Source of the DNA: Promethearchaeota archaeon
GTDB taxonomy: Archaea > Asgardarchaeota > Lokiarchaeia > Sigyniarchaeales > SOKP01
Reading direction: 5' to 3'
DNA length: 10,493 nt
Assembly: GCA_048941015.1 (NCBI GenBank)
Contig: JBHLNZ010000096.1
Location: forward strand, 1 to 10,493
In this document: piece after piece, positions 1 through 7,067 of the stretch
How the letters are laid out: each line of letters starts with the position of its first letter
How positions within the stretch are numbered: the stretch's first letter is position 1
The notes under the pieces: model-generated
What the model was told of the DNA's origin: nothing
The model's input: the letters and a program-made list of their open reading frames with translations, nothing else
Databases searched by the model: none
Translations under genes and position numbers: made by a program

Positions 1-327
1 GTCTTTATATGTTATTATTTGAACTTCAGAATTTAGATTTGATAAGACTTCTTTTGTTAAATCGGCTTTATTTTTCCCGACTTGTGTCTCGTTATATAAA
101 ATTTGCCTTTGCAAATTTGATATCTCTAAAATATCATTGTCGATAATTGTTAATTTTTTTATTCCGGCAACGGTTAAATATATTGAGCATGGAGAACCCA
201 AACCTCCTGCTCCAATTTGCAATACGCTAATATTTGACAATTTTTCTTGGCCTTCCTCACCAATTGATGGTGATATTATTTGTCGAGAATATCTTCTTTT
301 TTGTTCTTCTGTTAAAATAAAATTCAC
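1..327 (-). CDS. HesA/MoeB/ThiF-family E1-like adenylyltransferase (UbaA/MoeB-like), 5' part; runs off the left edge
   Basis: Manual minus-strand translation, open from 327 to 1: (V)NFILTEEQKRRYSRQIISPSIGEEGQEKLSNISVLQIGAGGLGSPCSIYLTVAGIKKLTIIDNDILEISNLQRQILYNETQVGKNKADLTKEVLSNLNSEVQIITYKD. Contains RYSRQ, GxGGLG, D-x-D and SNLQRQ E1 motifs. Start is GTG 327 or ATT 318. Confidence 0.95.
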   Translation of the reverse strand, partial: MNFILTEEQKRRYSRQIISPSIGEEGQEKLSNISVLQIGAGGLGSPCSIYLTVAGIKKLTIIDNDILEISNLQRQILYNETQVGKNKADLTKEVLSNLNSEVQIITYKD

Positions 328-330
328 CTC
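324..330 (-). promoter_or_regulatory. Shine-Dalgarno-like GAGGTGA overlapping the Roadblock stop codon, upstream of the E1-like gene
   Basis: Minus strand reads TGAGGTGA-ATTTT-ATT-TTA-ACA; matches the archaeal SD consensus GGAGGTGA at 7 of 8 positions. Confidence 0.6.
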
Positions 331-709
331 AGGTATTTAATATTTCTTTAATTTTTTTAATTGTTTCTTCTATTTCTATAAGAATTAAGCCTAAGTTAAC
401 ATTTAAATCTAACAGTGAGACAAGAATCATCTGATCATTTATTTTTAGTACAATCAATTGGTAATCTTTTCCTAATTCTACTGTGAGGTTATTAATTTTA
501 GTTTTCCCAAAAGTTTTTATTGCAGTTTCAATAGCACAAAACATAGTCGCAGCCATTGCTCCAAACTTTCGATTGTCTATATCTCTTGGTAATCTAGAAG
601 TCATTAATAAACCATTACTTTTCACGATTGCGGTACCTATTACACCGCTAATTACTTCTAAATTCATTAATAATCCATGAAGATCTTCAATTTTACTTTC
701 TGAACTCAT
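329..709 (-). CDS. Roadblock/LC7 (MglB/LAMTOR2-like) domain protein, 126 aa
   Basis: Typical pattern: GVIGTAIVKSNGLLMTS, KFGAMAATM helix, beta strands, and C-terminal NLGLILIEIEETIKKI helix. Confidence 0.88.
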   Translation of the reverse strand: MSSESKIEDLHGLLMNLEVISGVIGTAIVKSNGLLMTSRLPRDIDNRKFGAMAATMFCAIETAIKTFGKTKINNLTVELGKDYQLIVLKINDQMILVSLLDLNVNLGLILIEIEETIKKIKEILNT

Positions 710-847
710 TAATTCATAAAGTTAACTTAATTCTAAAATCTCACTAAATATGTGATATAAAATAAACTCAAGTAGAAAAATATATAATATTTTTAAACTA
801 ATAAAGCAAAATAAATAAAATACTAAATTTTAAATGTACCAAAGATT

Positions 848-1048
848 TTATCTATAAAAACCTTTATTGCCATTAAACGGTCTATAACGATTTCGCCAGC
901 TAGGTTGCCTTAATTTTGCAGTTCTTCCGAAACCACAACTCGCACAGAATCTCTTTCTCCTATGAAAGGAATGTTTTCCACAACGTCTACATGTTTTATG
1001 AGTAGCAGCCTTATTTTTCTTCCCTTTACTTGGTGTACCTTTTCCCAT
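848..1048 (-). CDS. rpl37e: 50S ribosomal protein L37e (eL37), 66 aa
   Basis: MGKGTPSKGKKNK..THKTCRRCG..SFH....CASCGFG, a CxxC...CxxC zinc finger. ATG 1048 preferred over TTG 1057: it gives the family N-terminus (xKGTPS) and follows GAGGAGGGTTGA. Confidence 0.97.
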   Translation of the reverse strand: MGKGTPSKGKKNKAATHKTCRRCGKHSFHRRKRFCASCGFGRTAKLRQPSWRNRYRPFNGNKGFYR

Positions 1049-1053
1049 TTTTC

Positions 1054-1368
1054 TCAACCCTCCTCGGATTCTTCTCTATGCATTAACTTATCGTGATTAA
1101 ATTCGGTATCTGAAAATAGGAGCTTTTCTCGCTCTTGACCAATAAAAATAATTGAAGCGCCCCTAATCATAACAGTTCCTAAATCTTTAGATCTTTTTCC
1201 TCCTCTTCCAAAATAAATTTCTTTAGCATTCTCCACTATTAAATTCATATAATTATCAAATTTTACCAATTTTCCTGTTAAATATGTATTCCAGATTTTT
1301 AATTTGATACGAACCTCTGGTTTAAGTATCGCTTTACTAAGAGTCCTCGAAACTGTGTGTTGGCTCAT
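1054..1368 (-). CDS. Sm/Lsm-family RNA-binding protein (SmAP-like), 104 aa with C-terminal extension
   Basis: Sm1 motif GKLVKFDNYMNLIVENAKE and Sm2 motif LGTVMIRGASIIFI; directly upstream of rpl37e, a known archaeal linkage. Confidence 0.92.
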   Translation of the reverse strand: MSQHTVSRTLSKAILKPEVRIKLKIWNTYLTGKLVKFDNYMNLIVENAKEIYFGRGGKRSKDLGTVMIRGASIIFIGQEREKLLFSDTEFNHDKLMHREESEEG

Positions 1369-1406
1369 AAACTTTGAATCTACTATTTATTATAATTATT
1401 TCAAGT

Positions 1407-1443
1407 TTTTTATTCTATAAATGTTTTTTTATATTTGCTGATT
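1407..1443 (+). repeat. Imperfect direct repeat, copy A (left of hydrolase gene)
   Basis: TTTTTATTCTATAAA-TGTTTTTTT-ATATTTGCTGATT; matches 4320-4354. Confidence 0.7.
1414..1430 (-). promoter_or_regulatory. Putative BRE/TATA promoter of the sm-rpl37e unit
   Basis: Minus strand AAAAAAACA-TTTATAGA: purine-rich run followed by TTTATA (1421-1416), about 48 nt upstream of the Sm ATG. AT-rich background limits certainty. Confidence 0.45.
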
Positions 1444-1695
1444 ATCTTATTAAAATCTTATTTATGACATCTTAGAAAAATCTATACTTTTTAGAATTAA
1501 TTTATTGATTTTAGAAAACATAGAAAAAATTAATTAGATTATTTTTCTTTTAAATTTTTTTTTTAAAAAATTGGACTCCTATTTCTTTAAAAATGACTTG
1601 ATCTATTAAAAAATAGTTCAAATTTAGTTGATCATCCTTATAATTTGCAAACAAAATTGTTAAAATATATAGAAAAATGTTTTAAAGGCGAATCT

Positions 1696-4269
1696 ATGAG
1701 AATCAAAAAATCTTCTTATATATTAATCTGTAGTATTACTATTTTTTCTATAATACCAACATTCTTTTTTTTTATAGATACTTCATCTAAAATGCATTTT
1801 GATTCTACTATTGAAACAAAAATGAATGATTTTTCTGTCTATTTTCCAAAAACTTCAGGTGTTTCTCAGTTTAGTGATATTGGAGATTATCTCTATCTTG
1901 AAAATGATTATCTTAATATAAGCTTTAAAAAAAGTTTAAATTGTGGCATTAATTCATTCATAGAAAAATTTACTGGTAATGATTATTGTAATTCAAGTGG
2001 AGCTTTGCGAACTCTTTTTGCTTTTAGATTCTATAATTCCTCATATGAAGATATTTTTTTTCAATGGGATGCAATCAATTTAGATTACGGAATAAAACCA
2101 ATTAATGATGGACTATGTCTTGAATTAAATTATTCATCCTTTTCAAATATTTACACTGAGGAATATGATATTGATGTATTTATTTCTATTGAAATATATG
2201 ATAGAGAAAAACTTACAGATTGGTCCATCAATATTTCTAATAATGCGCCAATTACAATAAAAGAGATTTTATTTCCATTTATTTGTGGAGTAAGTGGGCA
2301 AGTTGGTTCTAAGTATGGTGATGAATACTTGTTATATCCAAAATTAGATGGAGTTATTTTGCATTGTCCAAATAAAACTATTGATCAATATAGTTCATTT
2401 ACAGGAACTTATCCATCAGATCTCTCTATGCAATTTATGGCATATGGAGATGAATTAAATGGTTTGTATGTCGCCACATATGATAACAAAGGATTTATTA
2501 AAAGATTTGGTTTTGATAGAGATTATCTTAACGCAAACAGCTTATTAATATATATATCACATTTAATTTCTGAATTAGAAGGAAACGATTTTAATCCACC
2601 ATTTATTGTGAAATTTGGATTTTACGATGGTGATTGGAGAGCCGCTGCGGATATTTATAAAAATTGGGGAATAATGCAACCATGGGCATCAAAGGGAACA
2701 GTAGACCAAAGAAATGATCTACCATCTTGGTGGAAAAAGACCGCTATCATAGAAATTGAAAACTATGATGATAATGATCTTTCTACACCTAAAATCCCTC
2801 TCTCTGAATTTAATATAATCACAAAATCAATATCAGATATGACAGGATTAAATATAACAACATTATTCATAGGCTGGGAGCAAAATGGTTCTTGGATTGG
2901 GCCTAACGCATTTCCTCCACGTGAGGGAAACGCTTCTTTTATCTCTGCTATAGATTCATTAAAAAATGATGGAAATCATGGATTTATATATCTTTCAGGT
3001 ACTATATGGAGAGTTGAGAGACCTGACCTTAACCCCCCTTATAATGGTACGGAATATTTCTTGAATAATGGGATTAAGTGGGTTGCGATTAATGCTACTA
3101 ATGAACCATATTATGATGAATTTTATTCTAGTCTTGGTTGGAAGGCTGCTCGAATGTGTGTTGCTACAGATAAATGGAGAGAATACGTAATAAATAACTC
3201 GATAAAGGCAGTAGAATTAGGATTAGATGCTTTATCTATTGATGAATTTCCAGTAGGAAGTATATATCCTTGTTATAATGATACGCATGGTCATCCTCTT
3301 GGCTATGGCAAATATCAACCAGATCACTATAAAATCATGTTGGAAGACATTCGTTTAGAATGTAGGAATCGCAATCCAAATTTTATAATGAGCATGGAAC
3401 AAGCAAATGAGATATATATCCCTTATGTTGACACTTATGTATCAAGAGATAATGCTCCAGAGTATCTGATTTATAAAGAGTTAGTAAACGCCCTAGGAAA
3501 TACGATAGAATTTCCATCTCTTTTTACATATATTTATCATGAATATTTAACAACTTTTGGTGAAATGCTCCCTATACATAACTATAGTTCTAGTTTATTT
3601 TATATTCTTTATAATCAACATGCTCGTAGTTTGGGAGAAAATTTCGTTAGAGGGAAAATTCAGAATGCAAAATATGGTAATTCAACAATTATCGTTCCTG
3701 AACTTATTGAGTTATATAACCGAACAGCTCAAGCCATAGGAACATATGGTAATAAATATTTCATCGAAGGAAAAATGCTTAAAGCCCCAAAAATTATAGT
3801 TCCAGAAATTAATATCACTTGGCTCTATTCGTATCAACCATTAATTTATGGACCAAATTTAACATCTCCAGCTATTCTACATAGTGCTTGGCAATCTCCT
3901 GATAATTGTATAGGATATGCGTTTGTTAATTTAAAGGATGAAACAATAAATTTCAATATCAATATTTCTGATTATGATTTATCTTATTCAAGATACATTT
4001 TAAAAAAAACCAAAAATGGAATTCAAGAAATTCTTTATATAAATACAGAATTACCAATTACAATTAGTCTATCATTAGGATTTAATGATGTTGTAATTAT
4101 TGAAGTTATCCCTTATAATATACCTATCATTTTTGGTGGTTCAAAAGATTCAAAAAGCAAAAGTAAGGAAAAAAATATCATTAGTGTTGGAATTGCGCCA
4201 CTCCTATTGATTGCTTTAATCACTATTTTAATGAAAATGAAGAGATCTAAGAAAAAGATTATATCATAA
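1696..4269 (+). CDS. Secreted, membrane-anchored putative glycoside hydrolase (DUF6259-like TIM barrel), 857 aa
   Basis: N-terminal basic plus hydrophobic segment (MRIKKSSYILICSITIFSIIPTFFFF). Core motifs FPPREG..GFIYLSGTIW, RMC..TDKW, GLDALSIDEF, CYNDTHGHPLG and SMEQANE recall DUF6259-type proteins (from memory, not a search). C-terminal TM helix plus Lys/Arg tail. ATG 1696 preferred over TTG 1645 because AAGGCGA lies 4 nt upstream. Confidence 0.7.
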   Translation: MRIKKSSYILICSITIFSIIPTFFFFIDTSSKMHFDSTIETKMNDFSVYFPKTSGVSQFSDIGDYLYLENDYLNISFKKSLNCGINSFIEKFTGNDYCNSSGALRTLFAFRFYNSSYEDIFFQWDAINLDYGIKPINDGLCLELNYSSFSNIYTEEYDIDVFISIEIYDREKLTDWSINISNNAPITIKEILFPFICGVSGQVGSKYGDEYLLYPKLDGVILHCPNKTIDQYSSFTGTYPSDLSMQFMAYGDELNGLYVATYDNKGFIKRFGFDRDYLNANSLLIYISHLISELEGNDFNPPFIVKFGFYDGDWRAAADIYKNWGIMQPWASKGTVDQRNDLPSWWKKTAIIEIENYDDNDLSTPKIPLSEFNIITKSISDMTGLNITTLFIGWEQNGSWIGPNAFPPREGNASFISAIDSLKNDGNHGFIYLSGTIWRVERPDLNPPYNGTEYFLNNGIKWVAINATNEPYYDEFYSSLGWKAARMCVATDKWREYVINNSIKAVELGLDALSIDEFPVGSIYPCYNDTHGHPLGYGKYQPDHYKIMLEDIRLECRNRNPNFIMSMEQANEIYIPYVDTYVSRDNAPEYLIYKELVNALGNTIEFPSLFTYIYHEYLTTFGEMLPIHNYSSSLFYILYNQHARSLGENFVRGKIQNAKYGNSTIIVPELIELYNRTAQAIGTYGNKYFIEGKMLKAPKIIVPEINITWLYSYQPLIYGPNLTSPAILHSAWQSPDNCIGYAFVNLKDETINFNINISDYDLSYSRYILKKTKNGIQEILYINTELPITISLSLGFNDVVIIEVIPYNIPIIFGGSKDSKSKSKEKNIISVGIAPLLLIALITILMKMKRSKKKIIS

Positions 4270-4319
4270 ATTAATTAAAAAATTCCCAAGTAATTCTGTG
4301 AAAAATTGACTTTTTTTCC

Positions 4320-4354
4320 TTTTTATTCTATAAATTTTTTTGTATTCGCTGATT
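4320..4354 (+). repeat. Imperfect direct repeat, copy B (right of hydrolase gene, upstream of dehydratase beta)
   Basis: TTTTTATTCTATAAA-TTTTTTT-GTATTCGCTGATT; first 15 nt identical and last 13 nt 11/13 identical to copy A. Confidence 0.7.
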
Positions 4355-4383
4355 TTAACAATTAAATATTTATTAAAAAAAAT

Positions 4384-5433
4384 ATGGTTGAGAAATTGAA
4401 AAAAATTGGTTATTTTGATGCAGATGTGGTAACCCCTGAAGAAATTGTTATTGCTGCTGGTTTTACACCTGTGAGGCTACTAGGAGATCCAACAATAGAA
4501 CTTGATAAGGCAAATGAGCACGTCCCGCCGAATCATTGTGTTTGGGCACGAAATATTTTAGAACAAGCTCTAAAGACATTAGACAGTGAAATTAGTGGTA
4601 TAATTACAAGTCATGGTTGCGATTGTACTAATCGAGAATTCGATATTTGGTTAGAATGTGTTAAACTTGACTTTATGTTTTTCATTAATGTGCCGTTAAA
4701 ACGTAATGATACTGCTGTGAAGTTCTTTATTAATGATATGAAAGAATTAATTATTCAACTAGAAGAAAAACTCGGGGCAAAAATTACAGATGAAAACTTG
4801 AAAGAGGCAATTAAAAAAATGAATAGAATAAGAAACTTACTTAAAGAGATTTCTGAATTTCGTAGTAGATTTAAATTAAAAGGTTCAGAATTTCATGAAC
4901 TTGTAAAGCAGGTCCAACAAAGTGATAAGGATGTTGCGTTAAAAATACTCGAAATCAAGCTTAACGAGTTAAAAAATCGCAATACATTCTCAGAAAATGG
5001 ATTAAAAAAAATCCTTTTAACTGGTTCTGAAATTGATGATACTGAATTTATAAAATTCCTTGAGCGCCTAAAATTTCATGTTGTTATTGATGATTTAGGG
5101 ATTGGAACAAGGTATTTTTGGAACAATATTGATGAATCGGAAGAGCCGATTAAAGCTATCGCAAAATATCATTTAACCAAACCAGTTTTTTCGACAAAAT
5201 TCCCTTCATACAAGAGATTTGATTTTATTAAAGAATTAGCTCAAACTTATAGAGTAGATGGGATAATAAATATAGCAGCAAAATTCTGTGAACCCATTCT
5301 CTATGACCATCCCTTTATGAATATGAAATTTAAAGAATTGGAAATACCATATCTTTTTATTGAAACAGAATATAATCGAGAATCGTATTCTCAACTTACA
5401 ACAAGATTTGAAGCATTTGCTGAAATGCTATAG
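4384..5433 (+). CDS. 2-hydroxyacyl-CoA dehydratase / benzoyl-CoA reductase family (HGD-D) subunit, HgdB/FldC/BcrC-like, 349 aa
   Basis: PEEIVIAAGFTPVR; Cys motifs HCVW, GCD and KFCEP (candidate [4Fe-4S] ligands); VDGII; C-terminal QLTTRFEAFAEML. Confidence 0.9.
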   Translation: MVEKLKKIGYFDADVVTPEEIVIAAGFTPVRLLGDPTIELDKANEHVPPNHCVWARNILEQALKTLDSEISGIITSHGCDCTNREFDIWLECVKLDFMFFINVPLKRNDTAVKFFINDMKELIIQLEEKLGAKITDENLKEAIKKMNRIRNLLKEISEFRSRFKLKGSEFHELVKQVQQSDKDVALKILEIKLNELKNRNTFSENGLKKILLTGSEIDDTEFIKFLERLKFHVVIDDLGIGTRYFWNNIDESEEPIKAIAKYHLTKPVFSTKFPSYKRFDFIKELAQTYRVDGIINIAAKFCEPILYDHPFMNMKFKELEIPYLFIETEYNRESYSQLTTRFEAFAEML

Positions 5434-5438
5434 GAGGT
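5433..5438 (+). promoter_or_regulatory. Shine-Dalgarno GGAGGT for the dehydratase alpha gene
   Basis: TAGGAGGTTTATGAAATATG; overlaps the upstream TAG stop, 9 nt before ATG 5448. Confidence 0.7.
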
Positions 5439-5447
5439 TTATGAAAT

Positions 5448-6710
5448 ATGTCAAAAGCAACAATAAAAAAATCAAAGATGCTACAAGCTACAATGGGATT
5501 AAAAAATATAATGGGAAGGCATTATTTAGCAATTGAACAAGCATATAGAGATGGTAAACCGACAGCATGGGCAACTTCAGGAACTCCAGTCGAGCTCTTG
5601 TATGCAATGAATGTACAACCAATGTTACCTGAAAATTCAGCAACTATCTCTGCTGCTCAAAAATATTCGAAGAATTTTATTGAAATTGCTGAGGATCAGG
5701 GTTTCTCATATGATTTATGTTCCTATTTTAAGACTAATATTGGTGCTGTAGCGGAGGATGTGGATATAATGAAAGGGGGAATACGAAAGCCTACTTTCAT
5801 GATGTCCAGTGATGTAATTTGCGATACCCATGTAAATTGGTTTCAAGTTCAAGCAGAAAGAATGCATGTCCCTCATTATACTATAGATGTCCCTCATGTC
5901 GTAAGTAATACTAATAATAGACAGCATAATTATTTTAAGAAATATATTGCTGAACAACTCTGGGAATTACTGGAATTTATTGAGGAGGTTACCGGTCATC
6001 CAATTGATATGGAAAAAGCTAAAGAAGTCGCAGAGAACTCCTACGATTTAAGTATGGTGTGGCAGGACATCTATGAGTTAAGAAAAACCATTCCCTGCCC
6101 AATCTCAACAAAGGATACTTTCGGGGGATTATTTCCTCTCTTTACCATGCCAGGTCTCAAAGCTCCCATAAAATTATATAAGCGAATGTATCGTGAGGCA
6201 AAAGCTAGAGTTGATGCTGGAATTGGTGCTCTAGAGCAGGAGAATTATCGATTATGCTTTGAGGGCATTCCATTTTGGTTCAACCTAAAATTCTTTGCTC
6301 ACTTAGAAAAGTGGGGTGCAATCATTGTATATGAACCCTATACCTATGCCTTCTCAAAATATATGAACCCAAAGGTCACGAAAGAAATGGTGTTAAATCA
6401 ACCAATTGAAGCCATGTCAGAATTAATGTTGAGTTTCTGGTATATTTATGATTTAGAAACACGAGTTAAAAAATTCAAAGAAACTGTTGATGAGTGGAAT
6501 ATAGACGGTGTTATTTTACATAATAACATGTCGTGTAGACCGAATTCGTGTGGGCTATATGATTTAAAACGGAAATTAGGGGATGATTATGATATTCCTT
6601 GCCTTATAATTGACGCGGATATGAACGATCCAAGAAAGCTAAACGAAACTCAAGTTATTAATAAGATAGAGAGTTTTATTGAAATACTCAAAGAAAGGAA
6701 AAAGAGATAA
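5448..6710 (+). CDS. 2-hydroxyacyl-CoA dehydratase / benzoyl-CoA reductase family (HGD-D) subunit, HgdA/FldB/BcrB-like, 420 aa
   Basis: PVELLYAM..PEN, GFSYDLCSY, ICD, EGIPFW, IDGVILH..SCRP, D..DPR and IESFIE motifs. Confidence 0.92.
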   Translation: MSKATIKKSKMLQATMGLKNIMGRHYLAIEQAYRDGKPTAWATSGTPVELLYAMNVQPMLPENSATISAAQKYSKNFIEIAEDQGFSYDLCSYFKTNIGAVAEDVDIMKGGIRKPTFMMSSDVICDTHVNWFQVQAERMHVPHYTIDVPHVVSNTNNRQHNYFKKYIAEQLWELLEFIEEVTGHPIDMEKAKEVAENSYDLSMVWQDIYELRKTIPCPISTKDTFGGLFPLFTMPGLKAPIKLYKRMYREAKARVDAGIGALEQENYRLCFEGIPFWFNLKFFAHLEKWGAIIVYEPYTYAFSKYMNPKVTKEMVLNQPIEAMSELMLSFWYIYDLETRVKKFKETVDEWNIDGVILHNNMSCRPNSCGLYDLKRKLGDDYDIPCLIIDADMNDPRKLNETQVINKIESFIEILKERKKR

Positions 6711-6737
6711 AGAGAACTAATTTTATGGAAAAAGAAT

Positions 6738-6749
6738 TCTTTTCTTAAT
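6738..6749 (+). terminator. Pyrimidine-rich TCTTTTCTTAAT downstream of the intact alpha gene (possible oligo-T terminator)
   Basis: An identical 12-mer lies downstream of the remnant copy at 10330-10341. Confidence 0.35.
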
Positions 6750-7045
6750 TTAGTATGACAATTATTAGGAGATTAAATACAATTATGGAAAATTGTCTAA
6801 AGATTTCGAAGGTAATATATAAACATTTTTTTTATTAAAGTGAAATAGAGTTGTTTTTTTATTTTCCAAGCATTTTACTCTTTTTATAGAGTTACCAGAA
6901 ATTTAATATGAGAATTTTAAGTAATATTTTATTGAAGGAATTCATTTGAAAGGAAATTATAAGTTAAAACAAATAATATTATATTACTTTCATGATTAAA
7001 CAAACAAATTAAATATTAACAATTTATTTCATATAAATTTAATAA

Positions 7046-7056
7046 AATAAGACATG
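7046..7056 (+). repeat. 11-bp direct repeat AATAAGACATG, left copy
   Basis: Exact match to 9821-9831; the flanking bases differ on both sides. Confidence 0.75.
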
Positions 7057-7067
7057 TGATTGTTAAA

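Noticed and set aside
137-680. Plus-strand ORFs 137..340 and 483..680
   Set aside because: Antisense shadows of the E1-like and Roadblock genes with no motifs.
3557-3739. 60-aa ORF inside the hydrolase gene
   Set aside because: Alternative frame with no recognisable features.
5441-5536. Out-of-frame ATG 5441 opening a ~31-codon overlapping ORF
   Set aside because: Only 2 nt from the SD; ATG 5448 is better spaced, and there is no evidence of function.
5715-5957. Minus-strand 80-aa ORF
   Set aside because: Antisense to the well-supported dehydratase gene.
6267-6710. Using GC3 to decide which dehydratase copy is foreign
   Set aside because: Among differing codons 35 versus 27 end in G/C by hand count, too weak to assign donor and host.
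6785-6838. 17-codon ORF MENCLKISKVIYKHFFY after AGGAGA
   Set aside because: Too short, SD spacing long, no support.
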